Assembly: GCA_010093605.1 (NCBI GenBank)
Contig: MU004188.1
Location: 1,999,918-2,063,917 of the forward strand
Origin: Lophium mytilinum
Lineage: Eukaryota
Direction of reading: 5' to 3'
Length of the DNA stretch: 64,000 nt
Under the pieces are notes generated by a model, which saw only the letters and a list, made by a program, of their open reading frames with translations, was not told the origin of the DNA and made no database searches. Below are positions 1 through 11,986 of the stretch, piece by piece. The position numbers and the translations under genes are program-made. Numbering within the stretch: position 1 is the stretch's first letter; each line of letters starts with the position of its first letter.

Positions 1-311
1 GAACCAATCTACTCCTTGCAAATAACGCACAGCCACGAACTGGGCTACCCCGGGGAAGCTTTCTACGTGGCTCTATCAATTCAGTAAGAAGCAGTCACGC
101 AGACATCACATGGCCTTGAAAATAGAATCTCTCCAGGGCTCCAATCCTTTTCAGTTCTTCAGCTATAACAAGATTACCGGCTTCCATTCCATTATGATCG
201 AGCTTACTTGAACGCGAGGATTGTAAACCCAACTCGGGAAGATAATCCCAGTCTAACATCTATAAGCTCAAGGCTACATTCCAAAAGGCTGAGGATTCTC
301 TACTCATCAAC

Positions 312-2221
312 ATGCTCGATAGACTAGCGATTGAAGTATTCTATCTAGTTCTGGAGCTGGTAATCTTCAAGGGATCGCAGGACACCAGATGAATAGCTAA
401 TAGGACTAGATTCCAGACCAAGCTGATGTCAACAGCCTATCCCAAGTATCGAAGCTGTTACATCGACGTACCGTGCCTGAGCTCTACCGATCTATCACCT
501 TCTCTGCCCCAGATGAGAAAGATCTCCTTGAGCTTGGGGTCGACTCTTTCCTCGCTAGCGGCGCACGAGAGTATCTAAAATATGTGAAAGACCTCCGATT
601 TAGAACGCCATTTTACCGTCAGCTCTACACACGTTGTCCTCATTGCAGAGATGCAACCTATTTCCCCTACTACGGGTCTGAGGAAGAACATGACGATGAG
701 GGTGATTCATTCCGCGAGCTGGACAGGAGTGATCGCATGCAGCCCGACGCGTTTCTTGTACACATGGCATCGCAATTAAAGCCGCTGCTGACACTCATCA
801 AGGATGACAGTCTGCGAAGCTTCAGGTTCGTTATATCTTTGGTTTCGCTCTGACATTGTTTCGTTAATAAGCTCATGCGCATAGCTGGGATATGGGGACC
901 CGCATGCCTAAATCCATTCTGAGCCACATATCCACTAAGCAGGCCAGCATCACGTCTTTCTCGATGACCGCTGCTGTTCATCAGTGGCCGGACCAGGGAG
1001 AGGCGAGTCCGTATGAAGCTTTCCGCCTGGCTCAGCTTCGGAAGATTTCATGGATCGCCGATGGAAACTCGCACTTGTTCGCTCTTAGACGCCTTCTTAG
1101 CAGCAGTTCAGGCCATCTTCAAGAGATCGTGATTGATGGGAAAAATTTTGATCCACTACAGCCCTTTTCCACCGTTTCACACAATGACGATCTCGCGTAT
1201 AAAATCCCCCAGGAGACGCAGGGCGAACGAGAGGTATTATTTCCATCTCTCAAAAAGCTCTCTCTATCCAGAGTCTATTTGGGCAACGTAAGAGTACCCG
1301 CGCTTCCGTGGCTGCCTCCTCGTTGGGTAGCGCCTGTAGCGTCCCTGGACGAGGGAGACCGGGCGGATACCGTACTTGCCTTCAATTATTTTCAGCTCCG
1401 GTCGCTGAAGCTTGAAAAGTGCTTGCGTGTTGATCACCTACTAAGCGTGCTCTCCGGATCATCAATGTCTATGGAGCTTACATCCTTCGAGCTCATTGTC
1501 GACAGTCGAGTAATTCCGAGACATGACCATTATCGGCTTGGAACCTGCGTCGAGGCGTTTCTGGAGTCCTTTGAAGGTTTGAAGAACCTCTATCTGGACT
1601 ATTCAAGGTTGCCCAATTTTTTCCAGGCAATATCTCGACATAAAGCTACACTGGAGAAGTTGGTTTACCAACAAAGGGAGCAATATGACAACCAATTCTT
1701 GTGGAAAAAGGAGCTGTCAATGCTGGATTTAAAATGTCTGGGAGTTGGCCTAAAGCCATCCGATCTGGTCTGTAAACGAGTGTCTACGAATAATGGCTAT
1801 GGGCTAACGTTTCCAGCTTCCTTGCCTTATCCAACTTGTCTTGGGCCCTAAAATAAGCGAACACACTATCTATCGCCCTTCAGTCCAGCTACTCCACATC
1901 AGAGATGGTGTACAGCTTACGTGCAAATTCAAAGGACCCAAAAGACTCGAGGCCGAGTTTCCAAGAGCATTACCCGAAATCTACAACTTCGCGCGCTGGG
2001 CCTTTGGGCCTGCTGGCTTGCCGAATCTAGAGATCCTCGCATATGGCGACTTTGCGCATCAAGGTCGCCAGCCGAACATCCTGCTGTGCAAATCACAGCT
2101 CGAGTCTGATGGAGAGACTCCATACCGGCAGCTTACCAAAAAGGATGTGAGGCTGTGGGAAGTGGTCCGAGAGAACTCCGACTTTCTGGAGACTTGTCCG
2201 GAGACTAGTTTGATGTATTAA
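312..2221 (+). CDS. F-box-like / LRR-like hypothetical protein (multi-exon)
   Basis: ATG 312 gives MLDRLAIEVFYLVLEL, then a GT..AG intron (360-409), then IPDQADVNSLSQVSKLLHRRTVPELYRSI (F-box-like N-terminus). ORFs 473-853, 892-1851 and 1841-2221 are joined by probable introns and contain leucine-rich LxxLxL segments. Confidence 0.55.
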
Positions 2222-2471
2222 TGGCGGGAAATATGGTGATTTGTTGATCTGTGTCTTAGGGGCGGCTGTTTCCGCTGCCGCTTTCGTGTCTGTATCTCCA
2301 TTTCTCTCCTGGTGTTTCTGAAGCAATCATCCCTGGATTTTCAGCAAACTCCATTCACCGCAATGAAATGCGACGTATATTTACTTCTACTGCGTCTTTG
2401 TGATTCTCTTCTTTACCCCGAATCCAACTGCTCTTTCTCACGCCTTCATTTTGCTCCACCCTACCGGTTCA

Positions 2472-3938
2472 ATGCCTCCAAAAATCTCCTTCCACCTCCT
2501 CCCGAAACCCCCTCTCTCGACTCTCGATCCCACTCGCTGGCCTGCCCTTGTCCAGAGAGCCGTGAATTTTCGCTCGCTTGCCCATTCAACATCACCAGCG
2601 GAGTGGGAGGCTCAAGAGGAGCGGGCGCGGATGACACAGGATAGGAGAAAGAGACTGGGTTTGGCGAGCTGGGTGTTTGTTGCGGTAGAGCAGCCAGATC
2701 AGGAAGAAGAAAAAACGGAGTATGGGGTTGGGAGCAAGAGCCAGGATGAAGAGGGAGAGCGAAATATCATTGGAAACTCGGGATCAAGTGTAAGAGACGA
2801 TCAGCCCGAAGCTGAAGAGTTCCCAGTCTCGGATGATGTAGGAGTCGACAAGGGTGATGCAGAAGTCTCGAAAGAAAGTCCGGAAAGTGACGAGGCTGAG
2901 TCTACCGAGCTCCTCATTTCCGAAGACGGAACCCTAGAACATGGAGTCACAGGAACACCGACCCTAAATCCCCTTGCCGACGGTTTTGAAGCTGAAGGCA
3001 TCCACACCCTCGAGGGCAACGAACCAGATTTTTCGGATGCAAAATCTGAGTCAACCCTCCAAGCTGAAGACAGAGAGGCGCAGGAACCCTCCCTTCTTGC
3101 CGATGAAGGATCTGGGACGCGCAGTACTAACGACACCCTCCTACCCCCACAAAACGACGAGACTGATGCTACCGAACTCCCCACCCCCGAAGACGAAGGA
3201 CTAGAGCAGACAGACACGGAAGAGGCAGATAAAAGCCCGGAAAGCGACCAGACTATACATTTCAATTTTCCTGCTTCAGCGCACGAGAACCTCCAGCCAG
3301 ATAGCGCGAACTCCCCTCAATCGAGTGCACCCACCGAAACAACCGAAGCCGAGGAATCACCCACCCCAGTTAAGCAAGAGCCAGAGACGGCGAATCGACA
3401 AGCGACAAAGCCTAGATTGCAAGTCGACGACTCCGAAGCTGCAACCTTCTTGATGGACATAGATGCAGAAATGGAGCAGGCAGTTCTTGAAGCGTCGAGT
3501 TCCACCATAGAAAATGATGAGGCCGAAGCGGATCCAGAGGCATTGGACGAGACCGAGAACGAGGAGCTAGCTACCAGCCTCCGCGGCGAATGGATCGGCA
3601 CCCTTAACCTCGTCGGCCCGATCCGGAGGCGCCCGCGATACGGTACTAATCCGTTTAGAGGGTTTGGAGATGATAATAGGGAGGCGTACTGGGAGTACGA
3701 GATTGCGTCGCTGTTTGTGCTGCTTGGGAAGAGAGGGCAGGGGGTTGGGAGAGGGTTGCTTAGGAAGGCAGTGGACGAGGGGGTGGGGATGTGTAGGGAG
3801 AAGGGTCAATTGAAGGTGAGGTTTAGTGTGGCTGTCCCCAGGGTGGGGAAGGGGAGAGATGTGGAGCGACTGAAGGAATGGTTTAAACGTGCGGGCTTTG
3901 AGCGGGCGCATGGGGATGTGAGAGCGGAGATGGAGTAG
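2472..3938 (+). CDS. GNAT-family N-acetyltransferase with a long acidic low-complexity insertion
   Basis: The C-terminus YEIASLFVLLGKRGQGVGRGLL...WFKRAGF contains the acetyl-CoA binding motif (R/Q-x-x-G-x-G). About 330 aa of E/D/S/T/P-rich sequence lie between the N-terminal strands (WVFVAV) and GEWIGTLNLVGP. Confidence 0.6.
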   Translation: MPPKISFHLLPKPPLSTLDPTRWPALVQRAVNFRSLAHSTSPAEWEAQEERARMTQDRRKRLGLASWVFVAVEQPDQEEEKTEYGVGSKSQDEEGERNIIGNSGSSVRDDQPEAEEFPVSDDVGVDKGDAEVSKESPESDEAESTELLISEDGTLEHGVTGTPTLNPLADGFEAEGIHTLEGNEPDFSDAKSESTLQAEDREAQEPSLLADEGSGTRSTNDTLLPPQNDETDATELPTPEDEGLEQTDTEEADKSPESDQTIHFNFPASAHENLQPDSANSPQSSAPTETTEAEESPTPVKQEPETANRQATKPRLQVDDSEAATFLMDIDAEMEQAVLEASSSTIENDEAEADPEALDETENEELATSLRGEWIGTLNLVGPIRRRPRYGTNPFRGFGDDNREAYWEYEIASLFVLLGKRGQGVGRGLLRKAVDEGVGMCREKGQLKVRFSVAVPRVGKGRDVERLKEWFKRAGFERAHGDVRAEME

Positions 3939-4320
3939 TATGGAGGTTTAGGACGAGGGTGTCGATGCAGTACACTGGCATCTGTGATCTGAAGGGCTAT
4001 GGTATTCGATAGTTGAAGAAGAGATGTCCAGCATGGGGTGGCAGAAGATGTTTCCACTTGTTCATATAATCGTTCTCAGTATAACTCTCTACCCCTCCAC
4101 CTCTCCGTCTACACTCCTATCCTCCCTTGAACTCTCTATCTCACTCCCTGATTCCTCCAACCCAACACGACCATACCGAATCTCCATCCCATCATCAGAA
4201 CGTAATGCTGACCAGCAAAAGACCCCACCAACAACCATCATCCCTCAATAGTGATGATCATCATCATCACAACCCAGCGTAGCCTAGTCAGTAAAATCGT
4301 CAAGAATGGAGATAGCTCGT

Positions 4321-4400
4321 CCCTAGTTAGCACCGGCCGTCCGCCCTAGTTAGCATCGGCCGTCCGCCCTAGTTAGCATCGTCCGACCGCCCTAGTTAGT
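4321..4400. repeat. 23-bp tandem minisatellite (ccctagttagcaycggccgtccg), ~3.5 copies
   Basis: Units start at 4321, 4344, 4367 and 4390. Confidence 0.85.
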
Positions 4401-4997
4401 AGTTTGCGCGAAGCGATGAGGAAAGAAGTTGGGGCGGGGCGTCGCCGTGTTGATATAGTCTGGCAGATGTGGTCGCTTACTCAGCCGCGCTAGATGACTC
4501 ATCAGCGCTAGACCGTTTAATCGAACGTTATAATCGTCCCGGCACCCGGTGCACCTGGGTGGGAGTGCGAGATTTTGGCAACTGGAGTAGGCTGTTGCCT
4601 GGAGTCTAGAATGTTCGACGGGTCACTGGTCTCTATGAAGAGATTAGAAAATTGTTGTTGGACAAACTTGTTGAAGTAATGATCACGTGCTTGAGGTTGA
4701 TAGGCCTTGCGATACCCCCATTGTGCCATGGAAGAGCGTGGTACGATATTTAGAACTTGAAACGTTACCATTTCTCCGAGGGCTCACAGAGTATGTGTCT
4801 TGTCGCAAAATCTATTGAAGTTGTCGCCATGGTAGAGAGGAGCGTGACATCGGGATGAAGCGCGTCGAGAAGCTTTGACCAGTGACGCCACCACTGTTTA
4901 CATCTTCGTTTAGACCTCCTTTTTCCTCAGATCTCTCTGCCATATACGACTACACTCCTTGACTCCCCTGCACGTGCGATATCTACTGCACAACACG

Positions 4998-6368
4998 ATG
5001 CCTCGCACGAAACGCCCTCTCGCCGAATCCGACCCCAATGCGTCTTCAAGCCGGAGGACGCGCTCCAAAGTCGCCAAATCGAACGAGTCCGAGGGGGTAG
5101 AGAACGCAGCCCCCATACAAGCGAAGAAGCCGAGCAACAAGAAGGAGGATGTCGTCAAAGTATCAAATGGTGGAGATCAGGAACCGGAAGGATATGCTTC
5201 CAAAACAAATGGAGAACTGGCGTTTATGCTCCGGGAACGAGGCCTTCCATATAACGGGATAAAATCAGTTCTCATTGGACGTCTTGAGGACTTCGACGAG
5301 AAGCAAAAGTCGAATATTTCGAAGCCAGGCGCCCCTGGAGGCAAAGCGGGCGAAAGCACGTCGGCGGAGCCCATACTCGATGAAGGCAATTCTGAGGCTG
5401 ATAGCCTCAGAAGGCAAACCGACTTCGCCTCCAAGGACAACAGCAAACTGCGCTTGATGCTAGAAGCACGCAAGCTCCCAGTGTCTGGTACACGCGACGA
5501 ATTGATTGCGCGTCTAGAGCAAAATCCAATCGTCGACTACGACCAATATACCCCGAACGAGCTATCCGCAATGGCGATGCGACGCAAGATGAGACAAGGT
5601 GCTGCAGGCCCCAAGGCCTCGAAAATTGCTCGATTACGTCAGAACGACGAGTTGAAGCGCGACACGGGAAATTCGCAGGAAGACACGCTGTATATCGGCC
5701 TATCGTCGATGGAAATGATTATGGGCTTGCTGCACCAGGAGCAAGTGAGTGCTTCCAGAGGCGACTACTCCTTTGTCAAGCACTACCGTAACTCCGGCAA
5801 GATTCTGGACGACATGTTGACGGAGCGGAATCTATCGGACGCAGGAACAATGGCGGCGAAGATGGACCGCCTGCGTGCGGACGATGCTGGAAGAGAGACG
5901 CCATTTGTATCGCCTTTTTGGCAAGAAAAGGTTAAACCTGCACAAGCTGAATGGGACCAGCTACGACTCGCATTCGAGGCGGCCACGGGACGGACGTTGG
6001 TGTCCGCGCGAGCGGATTTGAACGAAGAGGACATGATCTTGAAAAGCGATCCCCTCTATGCCCATAAGTAGAATGCTCCTCCAGTTCAGCGTCTTTTTTC
6101 CTATGACTGGAGGAAGTCCCATTGGGCAGATCGAACATGGCACCAACTGGTAGATATTGCTAGGAATAGGGACATGCCGCATGCCGGCGGAGCACCTAAA
6201 GGTGCAATGATCAAATGGCTCGAGACGGGAAACATCGACTACGAGGAATACTACGGCACCGCTCTTCATTCTATGTGCCGAGAGCGAAGACTAGTCGTCA
6301 AAAACACGGAAAAGAAAGAAGGGCTCATCAGATTGCTAAAAGAAAATGACGCGAATCGACAATCGTAA
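4998..6368 (+). pseudogene. Multi-SAP-domain protein interrupted by an in-frame TAG (6069-6071)
   Basis: Repeated SAP-like motifs (ELAFMLRERGLPYNGIKSVLIGRL; KLRLMLEARKLPVSGTRDELIARL; LHSMCRERRLVVKNTEKKEGLIRLL). ORF 6174-6368 is in the same frame as ORF 4959-6071, and the sequence between them is open apart from the TAG. Confidence 0.6.
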
Positions 6369-6381
6369 TACTGGCACCACG

Positions 6382-7578
6382 TCAGCTCTGCGCACCTTCA
6401 TCCCTTCTCTTCACAAACTCAGTCTCAAATTCCATCTCCGCATCTTGTCGTACAACTCCATACAACGAACTCGAGTCCAACGCCCTATTCCCTTTCTCCT
6501 CCGAAAACTTCTTCGCCCGCTCTAAATGCCCAATCACCACCTCTCCCACCTCCAACTTCACCCCTACATCCCTCGCACAACTGATCCCATGTCCAACATC
6601 CTTCAACGCAAGATCCAACCCTGAGAAGGGTTGCTGCCCCACTCCCGGTATATACACTCCTGTCGTCATCCGCTGGCTATCCGAGTACGCTAGCGCACCA
6701 AAATTCTCCTTTATCAGCGCCTCTAGAACGGTGGAACCGAGTCCACTCTTCTCAGCTAGCACGTGTGCTTCGGCGATTACTTCCATCAACCCGGCGATGA
6801 TGAAGTTGCCAGTGGTCTTCAGCATAGTAGCCTTAGATGCATCGTCGCCGATCTCGATAATCCCCCGTGCCATCACACCCGCTAGGTACGGCTTGACCGC
6901 GGCGCGAGCAGCCGGCGGACCCGCGAGTGCGAGGAGGAGCTGGCCGCTTTCCGCGAGGGGAGAGGCACCGAAAGCGGGTGCTTGGGTTATCAGCAAGACT
7001 TCGAGGAGATCCCCAGGTGGTGGGGGTAGCCTACCGGCGAGAAATTGGACATCCAGCTCCCTCAGTGTCTGCGCCCATCGGGCTGTGGTTTGCGGATGAA
7101 CGGTCGTGGTATCTACCACAATCTTGCCCTTGAAATGACCGCCGTCGATCATTGCGACTAAGATGCCGTCGAGGGCGGCGTCGTCGCTCGTCTCCGGAAG
7201 TCAGGTTTAGCTCGCACCAATTGTCTTGTAGGGGTTCTCACCGAGATGAAAATTATGTCGGACTTTTCTGTCAATTCAGCGATGGAACCACACGCCACGC
7301 CTCCTGTCTCTTGCAAGGGTGCGCCTCGTGAGATCGTGCGGTTGAAGTAGTGCAGAGCAGGTGCTGAAGTGGAACGGAGATGTGATTGGAGATTCTTCGC
7401 CATGCCGATACCCATGGTTCCGAGGCCTATGACTTGTTAGTCTAGCTGGCCACATTGTGCGGAGAGTTCAGATGGGAGATTGGAGGTATGTCACGTGAGG
7501 AAACTGGAAAGTGGAGAGGAGGAGGAAAACAGTACCTATCCAGCCTAATTGCAGCGAGGGAGAGTCTGAGGTTGCCAT
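6382..7578 (-). CDS. NAD(P)-dependent 3-hydroxyisobutyrate / 6-phosphogluconate dehydrogenase-family protein (multi-exon)
   Basis: QLGWIG...LGTMGIGMAKNL Rossmann motif, FNRT, IVVDTTTVHP, APAFGA, LKTTGN, LALKDVGH. Several short introns. Confidence 0.85.
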
Positions 7579-7660
7579 CGTTATAGTGAGTACAGTTTGA
7601 TCAACCAGTCGGTAGATAATGGAAATGTATGCGCGAATTAAGATTCTTATACAAAATCCT

Positions 7661-7673
7661 TGATGACTCATCA
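7661..7673. promoter_or_regulatory. Palindromic AP-1/Gcn4(CpcA)-type site TGATGACTCATCA
   Basis: Perfect ATGACTCAT core about 85 bp upstream of the dehydrogenase start. A second copy (GATGACTCATC) lies at 4493-4503. Confidence 0.35.
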
Positions 7674-7801
7674 CCTATTTCATCTTCCCTAGCACCATCC
7701 CAATACGGCAACTCTACACACCGAAACCATTCTTAACATCTCGGGCACTATCTCTCAATCACCCTACTCTTTCCCGTCCCCACTCCCTTCCCTACCACCC
7801 C

Positions 7802-8371
7802 CTACTTCAGCAAATCCTCCGCCTTGATCACCCCCCTCTTCAACATCACACCGACCGCCGGCATCGGATCCGAGAAAATCTCCGACCGCGCCAACTTAAT
7901 CCCCCCCTCCGCCCCCTGATCCTTCACATACTCAAACCGAAACGCACTCACCACCACCGCATCCCACTCCCTCCCATCCCCGCTCTTCGCCCCCTTCTCC
8001 CCATCCCCCTTCTCCCCAGGAATCTTCACATACAGATTCGCCCGCCCAAGCATCTCCCACCCGCTGCCGTCTTCCTTCTCGATGCAGAACAGCTCTAGAG
8101 GTTCGTGGTAGTTGGCGAGGAAAGGCCCGTAGATCTGGCGCAGCGCGGCCCATTTCTCGGCGGCGCCGGTGACGGTCACGCCGGCGGAGGTGACGAGGAC
8201 GGCGTCGGCGGTGAAGAAGGTCGTGGGGTCGGTGGAGGGCTTCGTGAAGGCGCGGCCGTCGATGATGGTGGTGGTGTAGTACTCCATCCATTTCATGGCC
8301 GGGTGGGCGCGCGAAGTGGGGGTCCAGCCGGTGGCGCGGAGGTAGAAGGTTGGGGTGAGGGGGACGGACAT
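7802..8371 (-). CDS. Hypothetical protein, probable SnoaL/NTF2-like fold
   Basis: 189-aa single ORF with strongly biased codon usage. The FFTADAVLVTSAG and terminal KLARSEIFSDP patterns are typical of SnoaL-like proteins. Confidence 0.55.
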   Translation of the reverse strand: MSVPLTPTFYLRATGWTPTSRAHPAMKWMEYYTTTIIDGRAFTKPSTDPTTFFTADAVLVTSAGVTVTGAAEKWAALRQIYGPFLANYHEPLELFCIEKEDGSGWEMLGRANLYVKIPGEKGDGEKGAKSGDGREWDAVVVSAFRFEYVKDQGAEGGIKLARSEIFSDPMPAVGVMLKRGVIKAEDLLK

Positions 8372-8415
8372 GGTGGGGAGAGAAGTGGGTATGATGGGGG
8401 TCTGGGGGGGTTATA

Positions 8416-8480
8416 GATTGGGGGTTTGGGGAGTTGAGAGGTGATTGGGGGTTTGGGGAGTTGAGAGGTGGTTGGGGATT
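8416..8480. repeat. 27-bp tandem repeat (gattgggggtttggggagttgagaggt), ~2.4 copies
   Basis: Directly visible upstream of the 7802-8371 gene. Confidence 0.7.
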
Positions 8481-9065
8481 TGAAGTTGGATGGGAGATGA
8501 TGAGAGAAGCATTGCTATCGCATTTTATAGCATACTTCATTGAATGCGGGGGAGAGCTGCGGCTGATAGAAAGTCACTGTATTTCCGAAGTTTTCAGGCT
8601 GTGATGGTCTAGAAGATGTAGAGGTTGTGGTGGCTAGCTGGAACTGTTGTTTTAGCTCTTGAGGCTGAAGTGCCGACGTCAGACACTAAATTAGCAGAAG
8701 TAGCGGGAATGTGCTAAGTGGTTAAAGATGCAAAAGCTGAGATCAAGGTTGGTGTTTATTGCTAGGGGTTGGGAATAGGTAGTTGTGGCGTCACCGGACC
8801 CTTTTACCCCTCACCACCATGCCAATCATCAACGATTGTTAAATTTCAGCTGAGCACTTGCACTACAGACTAATAGATACAAGCCGTGCGTGTCAAAATG
8901 AGGGATGGTATAGTCTCGTGAACGAATAGCGAAGTTGGTCGTTTGTCAGACGCCATTGAAATAGATTTTAGAAAGAGAGGTGCGTGGTAATGTTGAAATA
9001 TCCAGCGCAGCCATCATACCCTCCATATGTGGAAACAATAAAAGCAGGCTTTCAGCTCAATGCAG

Positions 9066-11986
9066 TCATCCACTAGTATCAGCGCCCGTACAAACGATCC
9101 TAGCACCCCCCTCGCTTTCGACTGCCATCAGCTGCGCTCGCAGAACCACCTTCCCGTCGTCTAGAATCGATTTCTTGACGTCCGCATCGGTCTTCAACGA
9201 GCTACTTTGCAGTAAATCATAGACATCTCCACCAATGATCTGCGAGATCGATGCCCATGCGCTGCCGAGGAGAGAATAATGAGTCAGCTTGATATACAAT
9301 ACCACTAGCGCAGCAATAAGAACCATATGCACTACAACTACGCATGCCATTGCCATGAAGCCGCGTGAGGAATACGGTAGTAAGACATCTTTGAAATAGG
9401 TTTCATGAACCTCGGAAACGTAATCGAAGGCAGGTTGTTGGCCGTAGTATGCAGACATTGAAAGTGTTGTAATGAGTCCGGAAAGAGCATGCGCTACGGA
9501 TACATTCTGCGAAAGTGCATTCGTGAAGAGGCTTGATATTGACGGGTCCGCCGCGAGAATGTTGGATGGCTCGTAGCTGAACTTGTTGAGTATGTTGATG
9601 AGCGGGAAGTCGCCGAAGAGCGTAGTCCAATTCGCATCTAAAGGTACGGTGGCACCGTTGATACTACCACCTTTGCCTGACATGTCGCCTTGGAGAAAAG
9701 AGCGTTGTTGGAATGGGACCGTATCATTTTTTGTGGGGATGAAGGAAATGGGCTTCTCTAACGTCATGATTCCTCGTGCTTCTAGGCTCTGTCTCGTTGA
9801 GTCAAATCCCAGTTGACTGGCGACTTCTATGGTGTTAAATGACCCAGCTGCATTCTCTCGAGTGGAAGGTTTCTAGCGAATCCTAGGTTCAGATCTGTTA
9901 ATGTCGCCGTAGATACTAACATCCAAACGAGCAGCGTCCCACGGAGCATAACATACGGACATCGATAAGACAGACTGATTGACGGATGGCGAGACAAGGT
10001 CGATCCACTCGTCATGGGCCATTATACTGGAAGTATTGGCGTTGGAAATCTCGGGCAAGCGTGACGCTTCCCATTGTGCGCGGTCGGTAGGATGTAGGAC
10101 TAGAAAGATTCCGCCATATCTTTTAAGTTCTGTACCGGCAGTTTCGTTCGAGAATTGACTGAGAAGTGTTGGGAGGTACTTTGGGCTCGGACACCCCAAT
10201 TGGCAGATTGAGTACTGGCCAGGCCCACCAAAGTAGCATATGAAACCAGCTTCGTCTGCCCGGTTATTTGTCATCACCATCGAAACGTCAGGATTTGCAG
10301 ATATTGTGCCAGTAATGTTGCTGTTGTACCCTTCACTCCAGAACAAGTTCGAGACAGTCGGTGCTTGACAAACCACTCGGGAGTCTAGCACTATTGCCTT
10401 GCCCGTGTAATTACGCAGCGTCTGTCTTGACTGAGCATCTGCGAGAGGGAGCATTGATCTAAGGAGAACTCCAGTGTCTCTTCTTCCCGTAGGACCTAGC
10501 GGTGGCAATTCTGAATATTCCGCGAAGGTGGGGTAGAAAGGCGGATTGGTCGACCAAATTGAACCTCGAGGGATCACGTTGTAGGATAATTTTCCGAAGG
10601 TCGTGCAACCTGCGAAAGAGTCTTGTTGACCCGGACAAGTATACTTGAATCCATTCAACGCCGATCGGTTCATGGCAAAGTTAGGCAAAGGACCAAGGTG
10701 CAGGTCAGATAGAAGTGCGGTGGAGCTGAACTGGAGGAGCGAAGTTGTGGTTAACAAAACCAACAGTAGCAACGCAACATGAGAAGAGATAACCGATGCT
10801 CTTATCACGTTACGGAAACCAATCACTGGAAAGATGACTGATTTACATAACGCCCAGGGAGTAGCAGCTCCAGATTTCATCGGCGCAATGACAGCAACTT
10901 CGGAATGCGGGATACCGTGGGATGACTCTATCATTAGAGCTGCGATTATTGCGGCCCCAATACTAGCTTGCATATCAACAGCAGTTCGGAGAACCAGAGT
11001 TGAAATCGAGATGGACCGTGTCAGCCATTCGTTAATGACTATGAGCTTCCAGATGCTGTTTGACGCGTCATCGAACCAGAAAAAGGAAATGAAAGCGGTG
11101 CAAGCTATCATTGTGATTGTCGTAGCGAAGAGAGTCAGGACTAGGCAGCCGTGAAGTCGGTGAGTGCCCTTGATCGCGGATGGTACGTGATGGACGATAG
11201 GGGCCGGCTGAGTTGACTCTGGGTCCTGTGAATTGCTATGTTTTTCAGCAGTCGCCAACTGACTTCTGATTTATAGTGATTAGTGGGTTGCAAATTTCTC
11301 GAGTTTGAGAGGCGGACATACTGGCTTTGTGTATGCTTCAGGGCTTGAATGTGCTCGTGGTCGCTCTTGTTTTCTCTTGGATTACTTCGAGCAAGCCAGA
11401 AAATCGCGCTGAGGATGACGAGGGAGGACAAAACGCCAATGGCTGCTAACGCGGCCAGTGCCCTATGTGGAGTGTTCGGATGCAGAAGAGTAGGGGCTGC
11501 AGTGACAAAAGGAGTTGTGACGGTATCTGTCGGAGTAGGCACCGAATTGTTCCCAGGTTTCGACGTTACGGCACTCGCATTTTTGTAGTTGGAAGGGAAA
11601 AAAGCGATATCTGTATCTTCGCCGGGAAGAAAAGCGCTTTCGAGATTTGCTGGGGGACAGCCAGTCTGGTTGTAAACGCCTTTCTGGCCGCATGGGTTTG
11701 TCGTACAGCACCCCGCGAATTGCGAGACTAGGCAGGTGTAAAAGTCCGCGCCTTGAGGACAACGCCCACTAGGAAGCTTGTTGACGGCGGCAGGGACGAT
11801 GTTCGCAGGAACTAGATCTTCTTTTAAACATCCGTTCTTGCAGGGCTCCTTCCTGCAACAGCCCAAGAATTTTGAGTCGGAATCGCACGTGTGCCAGAGC
11901 GCATCGCCCTGAGGGCAGTAGAGAGGGAAACTATCATACAAAAGCTCGCTTAACCAGTCCCCGGCAGACACGGACCCATTTTCCAT
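9066..11986 (-). pseudogene. Multi-pass membrane protein with Cys-rich extracellular N-terminus; in-frame TAG at 9873-9875
   Basis: ORF 11141-11986 (CPQG..C...FLGCCRKEPC repeats plus a TM helix) joins ORF 9873-11258 through a probable intron (gtatgt..ctaat..ag). ORFs 9873-11258 and 9066-9767 share a frame and are separated by a single TAG (RSEPRIR*KPSTRENAAG). Confidence 0.55.

Noticed and set aside
4321..4400. CRISPR-like repeat array
   Set aside because: The units are contiguous with no unique spacers, the context is eukaryotic, and there are no cas genes.
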